A program made the translations under genes and the position numbers. Shown piece by piece: positions 26,801 to 41,800 of a DNA stretch of 64,000 bases (positions are counted from its first letter, which is position 1; each line of letters begins with the position of its first letter). The notes under the pieces are model-generated. The model did not search any database and was not told where the DNA came from. It was given only the letters and a program-made list of their open reading frames with translations. The stretch comes from Nemertoderma westbladi. Its lineage: Eukaryota; Animalia; Xenacoelomorpha. The DNA lies in assembly GCA_032718475.1 (NCBI GenBank), contig JAUCBJ010003650.1, positions 62,001 through 126,000 of the forward strand, in the 5' to 3' direction.

Positions 26801-29800
26801 AGGAGTAGATGGGTGGGACTGGTACAGCAAACTCACCTACAATAGATAAAGTTAAAGTATATTGGGTAGGAGTAGATGGGAGGGACTGGTACAGCAAACT
26901 CACCTACAATAGGGAGATAAAGTTAAAGTATATTGGGTGGGAGTAGATGGGAGGGACTGGTACAGCAAACTCACCTACAATAGATAAAGTTCAAGTATAT
27001 TGGGTAGGAGTAGATGGGAGGGACTGGTACAGCAAACTCACCTACAATAGATAAAGTTAAAGTATATTGGGTAGGAGTAGATGGGAGGGACTGGTACAGC
27101 AAACTCACCTACAATAGATAAAGTTAAAGTATATTGGGTAGGAGTAGATGGGAGGGACTGGTACAGCAAACTCACCTACAATAGATAAAGTTAAAGTATA
27201 TTGGGTAGGAGTAGATGGGTGGGACTGGTACAGCAAACTCACCTACAATAGATAAAGTTAAAGTATATTGGGTAGGAGTAGATGGGAGGGACTGGTACAG
27301 CAAACTCACCTACAATAGATAAAGTTAAAGTATATTGGGTAGGAGTAGATGGGAGGGACTGGTACAGCAAACTCACCTACAATAGATAAAGTTAAAGTAT
27401 ATTTGGTAGGAGTAGATGGGAGGGACTGGTACAGCAAACTCACCTACAATAGGGAGATAAAGTTAAATTATATTGGGTAGGAGTAGATGGGAGGGACTGG
27501 TACAGCAAACTCACCTACAATAGGGAGATAAAGTTAAAGTATATTGGGTATGAGTAGATGGGAGGGACTGGTACAGCAAACTCACCTACAATAGGGAGAT
27601 AAAGTTAAAGTATATTGGGTATGAGTAGATGGGAGGGACTGGTACAGCAAACTCACCTACAATAGATAAAGTTAAAGTATATTGGGTAGGAGTAGATGGG
27701 AGGGACTGGTACAGCAAACTCACCTACAATAGGGAGATAAAGTTAAAGTATATTGGGTATGAGTAGATGGGAGGGACTGGTACAGCAAACTCACCTACAA
27801 TAGATAAAGTTAAAGTATATTGGGTAGGAGTAGATGGGAGGGACTGGTACAGCAAACTCACCTACAATAGATAAAGTTAAAGTATATTGGGTAGGAGTAG
27901 ATGGGAGGGACTGGTACAGCAAATTCACCTACAATAGATAAAGTTAAAGTATATTGGGTAGGAGTAGATGGGAGGGACTGGTACAGCAAACTCACCTACA
28001 ATAGATAAAGTTAAAGTATATTTGGTAGGAGTAGATGGGAGGGACTGGTACAGCAAACTCACCTACAATAGGGAGATAAAGTTAAATTATATTGGGTAGG
28101 AGTAGATGGGAGGGACTGGTACAGCAAACTCACCTACAATAGATAAAGTTAAAGTATATTGGGTAGGAGTAGATGGGAGGGACTGGTACAGCAAACTCAC
28201 CTACAATAGGGAGATAAAGTTAAAGTATATTGGGTAGGAGTAGATGGGAGGGACTGGTACAGCAAACTCACCTACAATAGATAAAGTTAAAGTATATTGG
28301 GTAGGAGTAGATGGGAGGGACTGGTACAGCAAACTCACCTACAATAGATAAAGTTAAAGTATATTGGGTAGGAGTAGATGGGAGGGACTGGTACAGCAAA
28401 CTCACCTACAATAGATAAAGTTAAATTATATTGGGTAGGAGTAGATGGGAGGGACTGGTACAGCAAACTCACCTACAATAGATAAAGTTAAAGTATATTG
28501 GGTAGGAGTAGATGGGTGGGACTGGTACAGCAAACTCACCTACAATAGATAAAGTTAAAGTATATTGGGTAGGAGTAGATGGGGGGGCCTGGTACAGCAA
28601 ACTCACCTACAATAGATAAAGTTAAAGTATATTGGGTAGGAGTAGATGGGAGGGACTGGTACAGCAAACTCACCTACAATAGGGAGATAAAGTTAAAGTA
28701 TATTGGGTATGAGTAGATGGGAGGGACTGGTACAGCAAACTCACCTACAATAGATAAAGTTAAAGTATATTGGGTAGGAGTAGATGGGAGGGACTGGTAC
28801 AGCAAACTCACCTACAATAGATAAAGTTAAAGTATATTGGGTAGGAGTAGATGGGTGGGACTGGTACAGCAAACTCACCTACAATAGGGAGATAAAGTTA
28901 AAGTATATTGGGTGGGAGTAGATGGGAGGGACTGGTACAGCAAACTCACCTACAATAGATAAAGTTAAAGTATATTGGGTAGGAGTAGATGGGAGGGACT
29001 GGTACAGCAAACTCACCTACAATAGATAAAGTTAAAGTATATTGGGTAGGAGTAGATGGGAGGGACTGGTACAGCAAACTCACCTACAATAGATAAAGTT
29101 AAAGTATATTGGGTAGGAGTAGATGGGAGGGACTGGTACAGCAAACTCACCTACAATAGATAAAGTTAAAGTATATTGGGTAGGAGTAGATGGGAGGGAC
29201 TGGTACAGCAAACTCACCTACAATAGATAAAGTTAAAGTATATTGGGTAGGAGTAGATGGGTGGGACTGGTACAGCAAACTCACCTACAATAGATAAAGT
29301 TAAAGTATATTGGGTAGGAGTAGATGGGAGGGACTGGTACAGCAAACTCACCTACAATAGATAAAGTTAAAGAATATTGGGTAGGAGTAGATGGGAGGGA
29401 CTGGTACAGCAAACTCACCTACAATAGATAAAGTTAAAGTATATTGGGTAGGAGTAGATGGGTGGGACTGGTACAGCAAACTCACCTACAATAGGGAGAT
29501 AAAGTTAAAGTATATTGGGTGGGAGTAGATGGGAGGGACTGGTACAGCAAACTCACCTACAATAGATAAAGTTAAAGTATATTGGGTAGGAGTAGATGGG
29601 AGGGACTGGTACAGCAAACTCACCTACAATAGATAAAGTTAAAGTATATTGGGTAGGAGTAGATGGGAGGGACTGGTACAGCAAACTCACCTACAATAGG
29701 GAGATAAAGTTAAAGTATATTGGGTGGGAGTAGATGGGTGGGACTGGTACAGCAAACTCACCTACAATAGGGAGATAAAGTTAAAGTATATTGGGTGGGA

Positions 29801-32800
29801 GTAGATGGGAGGGACTGGTACAGCAAACTCACCTACAATAGGGAGATAAAGTTAAAGTATATTGGGTGGGAGTAGATGGGAGGGACTGGTACAGCAAACT
29901 CACCTACAATAGATAAAGTTAAAGTATATTGGGTGGGAGTAGATGGGAGGGACTGGTACAGCAAACTCACCTACAATAGATAAAGTTAAAGTATATTGGG
30001 TGGGAGTAGATGGGAGGGACTGGTACAGCAAACTCACCTACAATAGATAAAGTTAAAGTATATTGGGTAGGAGTAGATGGGAGGGACTGGTACAGCAAAC
30101 TCACCTACAATAGATAAAGTTAAAGTATATTGGGTAGGAGTAGATGGGTGGGACTGGTACAGCAAACTCACCTACAATAGGGAGATAAAGTTAATAAAGT
30201 ATATTGGGTGGGAGTAGATGGGAGGGACTGGTACAGCAAACTCACCTACAATAGATAAAGTTAAAGTATATTGGGTGGGAGTAGATGGGAGGGACTGGTA
30301 CAGCAAACTCACCTACAATAGATAAAGTTAAAGTATATTGGGTAGGAGTAGATGGGAGGGACTGGTACAGCAAACTCACCTACAATAGATAAAGTTAAAG
30401 TATATTGGGTAGGAGTAGATGGGTGGGACTGGTACAGCAAACTCACCTACAATAGGGAGATAAAGTTAAAGTATATTGGGTGGGAGTAGATGGGAGGGAC
30501 TGGTACAGCAAACTCACCTACAATAGATAAAGTTAAAGTATATTGGGTGGGAGTAGATGGGAGGGACTGGTACAGCAAACTCACCTACAATAGATAAAGT
30601 TAAAGTATATTGGGTAGGAGTAGATGGGAGGGACTGGTACAGCAAACTCACCTACAATAGATAAAGTTAAAGTATATTGGGTAGGAGTAGATGGGTGGGA
30701 CTGGTACAGCAAACTCACCTACAATAGGGAGATAAAGTTAAAGTATATTGGGTGGGAGTAGATGGGAGGGACTGGTACAGCAAACTCACCTACAATAGGG
30801 AGATAAAGTTAAAGTATATTGGGTGGGAGTAGATGGGAGGGACTGGTACAGCAAACTCACCTACAATAGATAAAGTTAAAGTATATTGGGTAGGAGTAGA
30901 TGGGAGGGACTGGTACAGCAAACTCACCTACAATAGATAAAGTTAAAGTATATTGGGTAGGAGTAGATGGGAGGGACTGGTACAGCAAACTCACCTACAA
31001 TAGATAAAGTTAAAGTATATTGGGTAGGAGTAGATGGGTGGGACTGGTACAGCAAACTCACCTACAATAGGGAGATAAAGTTAAAGTATATTGGGTGGGA
31101 GTAGATGGGTGGGACTGGTACAGCAAACTCACCTACAATAGGGAGATAAAGTTAAAGTATATTGGGTGGGAGTAGATGGGAGGGACTGGTACAGCAAACT
31201 CACCTACAATAGATAAAGTTAAAGTATATTGGGTAGGAGTAGATGGGAGGGACTGGTACAGCAAACTCACCTACAATAGGGAGATAAAGTTAAAGTATAT
31301 TGGGTGGGAGTAGATGGGAGGGACTGGTACAGCAAACTCACCTACAATAGATAAAGTTAAAGTATATTGGGTAGGAGTAGATGGGAGGGACTGGTACAGC
31401 AAACTCACCTACAATAGATAAAGTTAAAGTATATTGGGTAGGAGTAGATGGGTGGGACTGGTACAGCAAACTCACCTACAATAGGGAGATAAAGTTAAAG
31501 TATATTGGGTGGGAGTAGATGGGTGGGACTGGTACAGCAAACTCACCTACAATAGGAGATAAAGTTAAAGTATATTGGGTGGGAGTAGATGGGAGGGACT
31601 GGTACAGCAAACTCACCTACAATAGATAAAGTTAAAGTATATTGGGTAGGAGTAGATGGGAGGGACTGGTACAGCAAACTCACCTACAATAGATAAAGTT
31701 AAAGTATATTGGGTAGGAGTAGATGGGAGGGACTGGTACAGCAAACTCACCTACAATAGATAAAGTTAAAGTATATTGGGTAGGAGTAGATGGGTGGGAC
31801 TGGTACAGCAAACTCACCTACAATAGGGAGATAAAGTTAAAGTATATTGGGTGGGAGTAGATGGGTGGGACTGGTACAGCAAACTCACCTACAATGGGAG
31901 ATAAAGTTAAAGTATATTGGGTGGGAGTAGATGGGAGGGACTGGTACAGCAAACTCACCTACAATAGATAAAGTTAAAGTATATTGGGTAGGAGTAGATG
32001 GGAGGGACTGGTACAGCAAACTCACCTACAATAGGGAGATAAAGTTAAAGTATATTGGGTGGGAGTAGATGGGAGGGACTGGTACAGCAAACTCACCTAC
32101 AATAGATAAAGTTAAAGTATATTGGGTAGGAGTAGATGGGAGGGACTGGTACAGCAAACTCACCTACAATAGATAAAGTTAAAGTATATTGGGTAGGAGT
32201 AGATGGGTGGGACTGGTACAGCAAACTCACCTACAATAGGGAGATAAAGTTAAAGTATATTGGGTGGGAGTAGATGGGTGGGACTGGTACAGCAAACTCA
32301 CCTACAATAGGGAGATAAAGTTAAAGTATATTGGGTGGGAGTAGATGGGAGGGACTGGTACAGCAAACTCACCTACAATAGATAAAGTTAAAGTATATTG
32401 GGTAGGAGTAGATGGGAGGGACTGGTACAGCAAACTCACCTACAATAGATAAAGTTAAAGTATATTGGGTAGGAGTAGATGGGAGGGACTGGTACAGCAA
32501 ACTCACCTACAATAGATAAAGTTAAAGTATATTGGGTAGGAGTAGATGGGAGGGACTGGTACAGCAAACTCACCTACAATAGATAAAGTTAAAGTATATT
32601 GGGTAGGAGTAGATGGGAGGGACTGGTACAGCAAACTCACCTACAATAGATAAAGTTAAAGTATATTGGGTAGGAGTAGATGGGAGGGACTGGTACAGCA
32701 AACTCACCTACAATAGGGAGATAAAGTTAAAGTATATTGGGTATGAGTAGATGGGAGGGACTGGTACAGCAAACTCACCTACAATAGATAAAGTTAAAGT

Positions 32801-35800
32801 ATATTGGGTAGGAGTAGATGGGAGGGACTGGTACAGCAAACTCACCTACAATAGATAAAGTTAAAGTATATTGGGTAGGAGTAGATGGGTGGGACTGGTA
32901 CAGCAAACTCACCTACAATAGGGAGATAAAGTTAAAGTATATTGGGTGGGAGTAGATGGGAGGGACTGGTACAGCAAACTCACCTACAATAGATAAAGTT
33001 AAAGTATATTGGGTAGGAGTAGATGGGAGGGACTGGTACAGCAAACTCACCTACAATAGATAAAGTTAAAGTATATTGGGTAGGAGTAGATGGGAGGGAC
33101 TGGTACAGCAAACTCACCTACAATAGATAAAGTTAAAGTATATTGGGTAGGAGTAGATGGGAGGGACTGGTACAGCAAACTCACCTACAATAGATAAAGT
33201 TAAAGTATATTGGGTAGGAGTAGATGGGAGGGACTGGTACAGCAAACTCACCTACAATAGATAAAGTTAAAGTATATTGGGTAGGAGTAGATGGGAGGGA
33301 CTGGTACAGCAAACTCACCTACAATAGATAAAGTTAAAGTATATTGGGTAGGAGTAGATGGGTGGGACTGGTACAGCAAACTCACCTACAATAGGGAGAT
33401 AAAGTTAAAGTATATTGGGTGGGAGTAGATGGGAGGGACTGGTACAGCAAACTCACCTACAATAGATAAAGTTAAAGTATATTGGGTAGGAGTAGATGGG
33501 AGGGACTGGTACAGCAAACTCACCTACAATAGATAAAGTTAAAGTATATTGGGTAGGAGTAGATGGGTGGGACTGGTACAGCAAACTCACCTACAATAGG
33601 GAGATAAAGTTAAAGTATATTGGGTGGGAGTAGATGGGAGGGACTGGTACAGCAAACTCACCTACAATAGGGAGATAAAGTTAAAGTATATTGGGTGGGA
33701 GTAGATGGGAGGGACTGGTACAGCAAACTCACCTACAATAGATAAAGTTAAAGTATATTGGGTAGGAGTAGATGGGAGGGACTGGTACAGCAAACTCACC
33801 TACAATAGATAAAGTTAAAGTATATTGGGTAGGAGTAGATGGGTGGGACTGGTACAGCAAACTCACCTACAATAGGGAGATAAAGTTAAAGTATATTGGG
33901 TGGGAGTAGATGGGAGGGACTGGTACAGCAAACTCACCTACAATAGATAAAGTTAAAGTATATTGGGTAGGAGTAGATGGGAGGGACTGGTACAGCAAAC
34001 TCACCTACAATAGATAAAGTTAAAGTATATTGGGTAGGAGTAGATGGGAGGGACTGGTACAGCAAACTCACCTACAATAGATAAAGTTAAAGTATATTGG
34101 GTATGAGTAGATGGGAGGGACTGGTACAGCAAACTCACCTACAATAGATAAAGTTAAATTATATTGGGTGGGAGTAGATGGGAGGGACTGGTACAGCAAA
34201 CTCACCTACAATAGATAAAGTTAAATTATATTGGGTAGGAGTAGATGGGAGGGACTGGTACAGCAAACTCACCTACAATAGATAAAGTTAAATTATATTG
34301 GGTAGGAGTAGATGGGAGGGACTGGTACAGCAAACTCACCTACAATAGATAAAGTTAAAGTATATTGGGTAGGAGTAGATGGGAGGGACTGGTACAGCAA
34401 ACTCACCTACAATAGATAAAGTTAAAGTATATTGGGTAGGAGTAGATGGGTGGGACTGGTACAGCAAACTCACCTACAATAGGGAGATAAAGTTAAAGTA
34501 TATTGGGTCGGAGTAGATGGGAGGGACTGGTACAGCAAACTCACCTACAATAGATAAAGTTAAAGTATATTGGGTGGGAGTAGATGGGAGGGACTGGTAC
34601 AGCAAACTCACCTACAATAGATAAAGTTTAAAGTATATTGGGTGGGAGTAGATGGGAGGGACTGGTACAGCAAACTCACCTACAATAGATAAAGTTAAAG
34701 TATATTGGGTAGGAGTAGATGGGAGGGACTGGTACAGCAAACTCACCTACAATAGATAAAGTTAAAGTATATTGGGTGGGAGTAGATGGGAGGGACTGGT
34801 ACAGCAAACTCACCTACAATAGATAAAGTTAAAGTATATTGGGTAGGAGTAGATGGGAGGGACTGGTACAGCAAACTCACCTACAATAGATAAAGTTAAA
34901 GTATATTGGGTAGGAGTAGATGGGAGGGACTGGTACAGCAAACTCACCTACAATAGATAAAGTTAAAGTATATTGGGTAGGAGTAGATGGGAGGGACTGG
35001 TACAGCAAACTCACCTACAATAGATAAAGTTAAAGTATATTGGGTATGAGTAGATGGGAGGGACTGGTACAGCAAACTCACCTACAATAGATAAAGTTAA
35101 ATTATATTGGGTGGGAGTAGATGGGAGGGACTGGTACAGCAAACTCACCTACAATAGATAAAGTTAAATTATATTGGGTAGGAGTAGATGGGAGGGACTG
35201 GTACAGCAAACTCACCTACAATAGGGAGATAAAGTTAAAGTATATTGGGTAGGAGTAGATGGGAGGGACTGGTACAGCAAACTCACCTACAATAGATAAA
35301 GTTAAAGTATATTGGGTAGGAGTAGATGGGTGGGACTGGTACAGCAAACTCACCTACAATAGGGAGATAAAGTTAAAGTATATTGGGTGGGAGTAGATGG
35401 GAGGGACTGGTACAGCAAACTCACCTACAATAGGGAGATAAAGTTAAAGTATATTGGGTGGGAGTAGATGGGAGGGACTGGTACAGCAAACTCACCTACA
35501 ATAGATAAAGTTAAAGTATATTGGGTAGGAGTAGATGGGAGGGACTGGTACAGCAAACTCACCTACAATAGATAAAGTTAAAGTATATTGGGTAGGAGTA
35601 GATGGGAGGGACTGGTACAGCAAACTCACCTACAATAGATAAAGTTAAAGTATATTGGGTAGGAGTAGATGGGTGGGACTGGTACAGCAAACTCACCTAC
35701 AATAGATAAAGTTAAAGTATATTGGGTAGGAGTAGATGGGAGGGACTGGTACAGCAAACTCACCTACAATAGGAGATAAAGTTAAAGTATATTGGGTAGG

Positions 35801-38800
35801 AGTAGATGGGAGGGACTGGTACAGCAAACTCACCTACAATAGATAAAGTTAAAGTATATTGGGTAGGAGTAGATGGGAGGGACTGGTACAGCAAACTCAC
35901 CTACAATAGATAAAGTTAAAGTATATTGGGTAGGAGTAGATGGGAGGGACTGGTACAGCAAACTCACCTACAATAGATAAAGTTAAAGTATATTGGGTAG
36001 GAGTAGATGGGAGGGACTGGTACAGCAAACTCACCTACAATAGATAAAGTTAAAGTATATTGGGTAGGAGTAGATGGGAGGGACTGGTACAGCAAACTCA
36101 CCTACAATAGATAAAGTTAAAGTATATTGGGTAGGAGTAGATGGGTGGGACTGGTACAGCAAACTCACCTACAATAGATAAAGTTAAAGTATATTGGGTA
36201 GGAGTAGATGGGAGGGACTGGTACAGCAAACTCACCTACAATAGGGAGATAAAGTTAAAGTATATTGGGTAGGAGTAGATGGGAGGGACTGGTACAGCAA
36301 ACTCACCTACAATAGATAAAGTTAAAGTATATTGGGTAGGAGTAGATGGGAGGGACTGGTACAGCAAACTCACCTACAATAGATAAAGTTAAAGTATATT
36401 GGGTAGGAGTAGATGGGAGGGACTGGTACAGCAAACTCACCTACAATAGGGAGATAAAGTTAAAGTATATTGGGTGGGAGTAGATGGGAGGGACTGGTAC
36501 AGCAAACTCACCTACAATAGATAAAGTTAAAGTATATTGGGTAGGAGTAGATGGGAGGGACTGGTACAGCAAACTCACCTACAATAGATAAAGTTAAAGT
36601 ATATTGGGTAGGAGTAGATGGGAGGGACTGGTACAGCAAACTCACCTACAATAGATAAAGTTAAAGTATATTGGGTAGGAGTAGATGGGAGGGACTGGTA
36701 CAGCAAACTCACCTACAATAGATAAAGTTAAAGTATATTGGGTAGGAGTAGATGGGTGGGACTGGTACAGCAAACTCACCTACAATAGGGAGATAAAGTT
36801 AAAGTATATTGGGTGGGAGTAGATGGGAGGGACTGGTACAGCAAACTCACCTACAATAGATAAAGTTAAAGTATATTGGGTAGGAGTAGATGGGAGGGAC
36901 TGGTACAGCAAACTCACCTACAATAGATAAAGTTAAAGTATATTGGGTAGGAGTAGATGGGAGGGACTGGTACAGCAAACTCACCTACAATAGATAAAGT
37001 TAAAGTATATTGGGTAGGAGTAGATGGGTGGGACTGGTACAGCAAACTCACCTACAATAGGGAGATAAAGTTAAAGTATATTGGGTGGGAGTAGATGGGA
37101 GGGACTGGTACAGCAAACTCACCTACAATAGATAAAGTTAAAGTATATTGGGTGGGAGTAGATGGGAGGGACTGGTACAGCAAACTCACCTACAATAGAT
37201 AAAGTTAAAGTATATTGGGTAGGAGTAGATGGGAGGGACTGGTACAGCAAACTCACCTACAATAGGGAGATAAAGTTAAAGTATATTGGGTGGGAGTAGA
37301 TGGGAGGGACTGGTACAGCAAACTCACCTACAATAGATAAAGTTAAAGTATATTGGGTAGGAGTAGATGGGAGGGACTGGTACAGCAAACTCACCTACAA
37401 TAGATAAAGTTAAAGTATATTGGGTAGGAGTAGATGGGAGGGACTGGTACAGCAAACTCACCTACAATAGATAAAGTTAAAGTATATTGGGTAGGAGTAG
37501 ATGGGAGGGACTGGTACAGCAAACTCACCTACAATAGATAAAGTTAAAGTATATTGGGTAGGAGTAGATGGGTGGGACTGGTACAGCAAACTCACCTACA
37601 ATAGGGAGATAAAGTTAAAGTATATTGGGTCGGAGTAGATGGGAGGGACTGGTACAGCAAACTCACCTACAATAGATAAAGTTAAAGTATATTGGGTGGG
37701 AGTAGATGGGAGGGACTGGTACAGCAAACTCACCTACAATAGATAAAGTTTAAAGTATATTGGGTGGGAGTAGATGGGAGGGACTGGTACAGCAAACTCA
37801 CCTACAATAGATAAAGTTAAAGTATATTGGGTAGGAGTAGATGGGAGGGACTGGTACAGCAAACTCACCTACAATAGATAAAGTTAAAGTATATTGGGTA
37901 GGAGTAGATGGGAGGGACTGGTACAGCAAACTCACCTACAATAGATAAAGTTAAAGTATATTGGGTATGAGTAGATGGGAGGGACTGGTACAGCAAACTC
38001 ACCTACAATAGATAAAGTTAAATTATATTGGGTGGGAGTAGATGGGAGGGACTGGTACAGCAAACTCACCTACAATAGATAAAGTTAAATTATATTGGGT
38101 AGGAGTAGATGGGAGGGACTGGTACAGCAAACTCACCTACAATAGATAAAGTTAAAGTATATTGGGTAGGAGTAGATGGGTGGGACTGGTACAGCAAACT
38201 CACCTACAATAGGGAGATAAAGTTAAAGTATATTGGGTAGGAGTAGATGGGAGGGACTGGTACAGCAAACTCACCTACAATAGATAAAGTTAAAGTATAT
38301 TGGGTAGGAGTAGATGGGAGGGACTGGTACAGCAAACTCACCTACAATAGCGAGATAAAGTTAAAGTATATTGGGTAGGAGTACATGGGAGGGACTGGTA
38401 CAGCAAACTCACCTACAATAGATAAAGTTAAATTATATTGGGTGGGAGTAGATGGGAGGGACTGGTACAGCAAACTCACCTACAATAGATAAAGTTAAAT
38501 TATATTGGGTAGGAGTAGATGGGAGGGACTGGTACAGCAAACTCACCTACAATAGATAAAGTTAAAGTATATTGGGTAGGAGTAGATGGGTGGGACTGGT
38601 ACAGCAAACTCACCTACAATAGGGAGATAAAGTTAAAGTATATTGGGTAGGAGTAGATGGGAGGGACTGGTACAGCAAACTCACCTACAATAGATAAAGT
38701 TAAAGTATATTGGGTAGGAGTAGATGGGAGGGACTGGTACAGCAAACTCACCTACAATAGATAAAGTTAAAGTATATTGGGTAGGAGTAGATGGGTGGGA

Positions 38801-41800
38801 CTGGTACAGCAAACTCACCTACAATAGGGAGATAAAGTTAAAGTATATTGGGTAGGAGTAGATGGGAGGGACTGGTACAGCAAACTCACCTACAATAGAT
38901 AAAGTTAAAGTATATTGGGTAGGAGTAGATGGGAGGGACTGGTACAGCAAACTCACCTACAATAGATAAAGTTAAAGTATATTGGGTAGGAGTAGATGGG
39001 AGGGACTGGTACAGCAAACTCACCTACAATAGCGAGATAAAGTTAAAGTATATTGGGTAGGAGTAGATGGGAGGGACTGGTACAGCAAACTCACCTACAA
39101 TATATAAAGTTAAATTATATTGGGTGGGAGTAGATGGGAGGGACTGGTACAGCAAACTCACCTACAATAGATAAAGTTAAAGTATATTGGGTAGGAGTAG
39201 ATGGGTGGGACTGGTACAGCAAACTCACCTACAATAGGGAGATAAAGTTAAATTATATTGGGTGGGAGTAGATGGGAGGGACTGGTACAGCAAACTCACC
39301 TACAATAGATAAAGTTAAAGTATATTGGGTAGGAGTAGATGGGAGGGACTGGTACAGCAAACTCACCTACAATAGATAAAGTTAAATTATATTGGGTAGG
39401 AGTAGATGGGAGGGACTGGTACAGCAAACTCACCTACAATAGATAAAGTTAAAGTATATTGGGTAGGAGTAGATGGGTGGGACTGGTACAGCAAACTCAC
39501 CTACAATAGGGAGATAAAGTTAAAGTATATTGGGTAGGAGTAGATGGGAGGGACTGGTACAGCAAACTCACCTACAATAGATAAAGTTAAAGTATATTGG
39601 GTAGGAGTAGATGGGAGGGACTGGTACAGCAAACTCACCTACAATAGATAAAGTTAAAGTATATTGGGTAGGAGTAGATGGGAGGGACTGGTACAGCAAA
39701 CTCACCTACAATAGCGAGATAAAGTTAAAGTATATTGGGTAGGAGTAGATGGGAGGGACTGGTACAGCAAACTCACCTACAATATATAAAGTTAAATTAT
39801 ATTGGGTGGGAGTAGATGGGAGGGACTGGTACAGCAAACTCACCTACAATAGATAAAGTTAAAGTATATTGGGTAGGAGTAGATGGGTGGGACTGGTACA
39901 GCAAACTCACCTACAATAGGGAGATAAAGTTAAAGTATATTGGGTAGGAGTAGATGGGAGGGACTGGTACAGCAAACTCACCTACAATAGATAAAGTTAA
40001 AGTATATTGGGTAGGAGTAGATGGGTGGGACTGGTACAGCAAACTCACCTACAATAGGGAGATAAAGTTAAAGTATATTGGGTAGGAGTAGATGGGAGGG
40101 ACTGGTACAGCAAACTCACCTACAATAGATAAATTTAAAGTATATTGGGTAGGAGTAGATGGGAGGGACTGGTACAGCAAACTCACCTACAATAGATAAA
40201 GTTAAAGTATATTGGGTAGGAGTAGATGGGAGGGACTGGTACAGCAAACTCACCTACAATAGATAAAGTTAAAGTATATTGGGTAGGAGTAGATGGGAGG
40301 GACTGGTACAGCAAACTCACCTACAATAGATAAATTTAAAGTATATTGGGTAGGAGTAGATGGGAGGGACTGGTACAGCAAACTCACCTACAATAGATAA
40401 AGTTAAAGTATATTGGGTAGGAGTAGATGGGAGGGACTGGTACAGCAAACTCACCTACAATAGATAAAGTTAAAGTATATTGGGTAGGAGTAGATGGGAG
40501 GGACTGGTACAGCAAACTCACCTACAATAGATAAAGTTAAAGTATATTGGGTAGGAGTAGATGGGAGGGACTGGTACAGCAAACTCACCTACAATAGGGA
40601 GATAAAGTTAAAGTATATTGGGTAGGAGTAGATGGGAGGGACTGGTACAGCAAACTCACCTACAATAGATAAAGTTAAAGTATATTGGGTAGGAGTAGAT
40701 GGGAGGGACTGGTACAGCAAACTCACCTACAATAGATAAAGTTAAAGTATATTGGGTAGGAGTAGATGGGAGGGACTGGTACAGCAAACTCACCTACAAT
40801 AGATAAAGTTAAATTATATTGGGTAGGAGTAGATGGGAGGGACTGGTACAGCAAACTCACCTACAATAGATAAAGTTAAAGTATATTGGGTGGGAGTAGA
40901 TGGGTGGGACTGGTACAGCAAACTCACCTACAATAGATAAAGTTAAAGTATATTGGGTAGGAGTAGATGGGAGGGACTGGTACAGCAAACTCACCTACAA
41001 TAGATAAAGTTAAAGTACATTGGGTAGGAGTAGATGGGAGGGACTGGTACAGCAAACTCACCTACAATAGGGAGATAAAGTTAAAGTATATTGGGTAGGA
41101 GTAGATGGGAGGGACTGGTACAGCAAACTCACCTACAATAGATAAAGTTAAAGTACATTGGGTAGGAGTAGATGGGAGGGACTGGTACAGCAAACTCACC
41201 TACAATAGGGAGATAAAGTTAAAGTATATTGGGTAGGAGTAGATGGGATGGACTGGTACAGCAAACTCACCTACAATAGATAAAGTTAAAGTACATTGGG
41301 TAGGAGTAGATGGGAGGGACTGGTACAGCAAACTCACCTACAATAGGGAGATAAAGTTAAAGTATATTGGGTAGAAGTAGATGGGAGGGACTGGTACAGC
41401 AAACTCACCTACAATAGATAAAGTTTAAAGTATATTGGGTAGAAGTAGATGGGAGGGACTGGTACAGCAAACTCACCTACAATAGGGAGATAAAGTTAAA
41501 GTATATTGGGTAGAAGTAGATGGGAGGGACTGGTACAGCAAACTCACCTACAATAGGGAGATAAAGTTAAAGTATATTGGGTCGGAGTAGATGGGAGGGA
41601 CTGGTACAGCAAACTCACCTACAATAGATAAAGTTAAAGTATATTGGGTGGGAGTAGATGGGAGGGACTGGTACAGCAAACTCACCTACAATAGGGAGAT
41701 AAAGTTAAAGTATATTGGGTAGGAGTAGATGGGAGGGACTGGTACAGCAAACTCACCTACAATAGATAAAGTTTAAAGTATATTGGGTGGGAGTAGATGG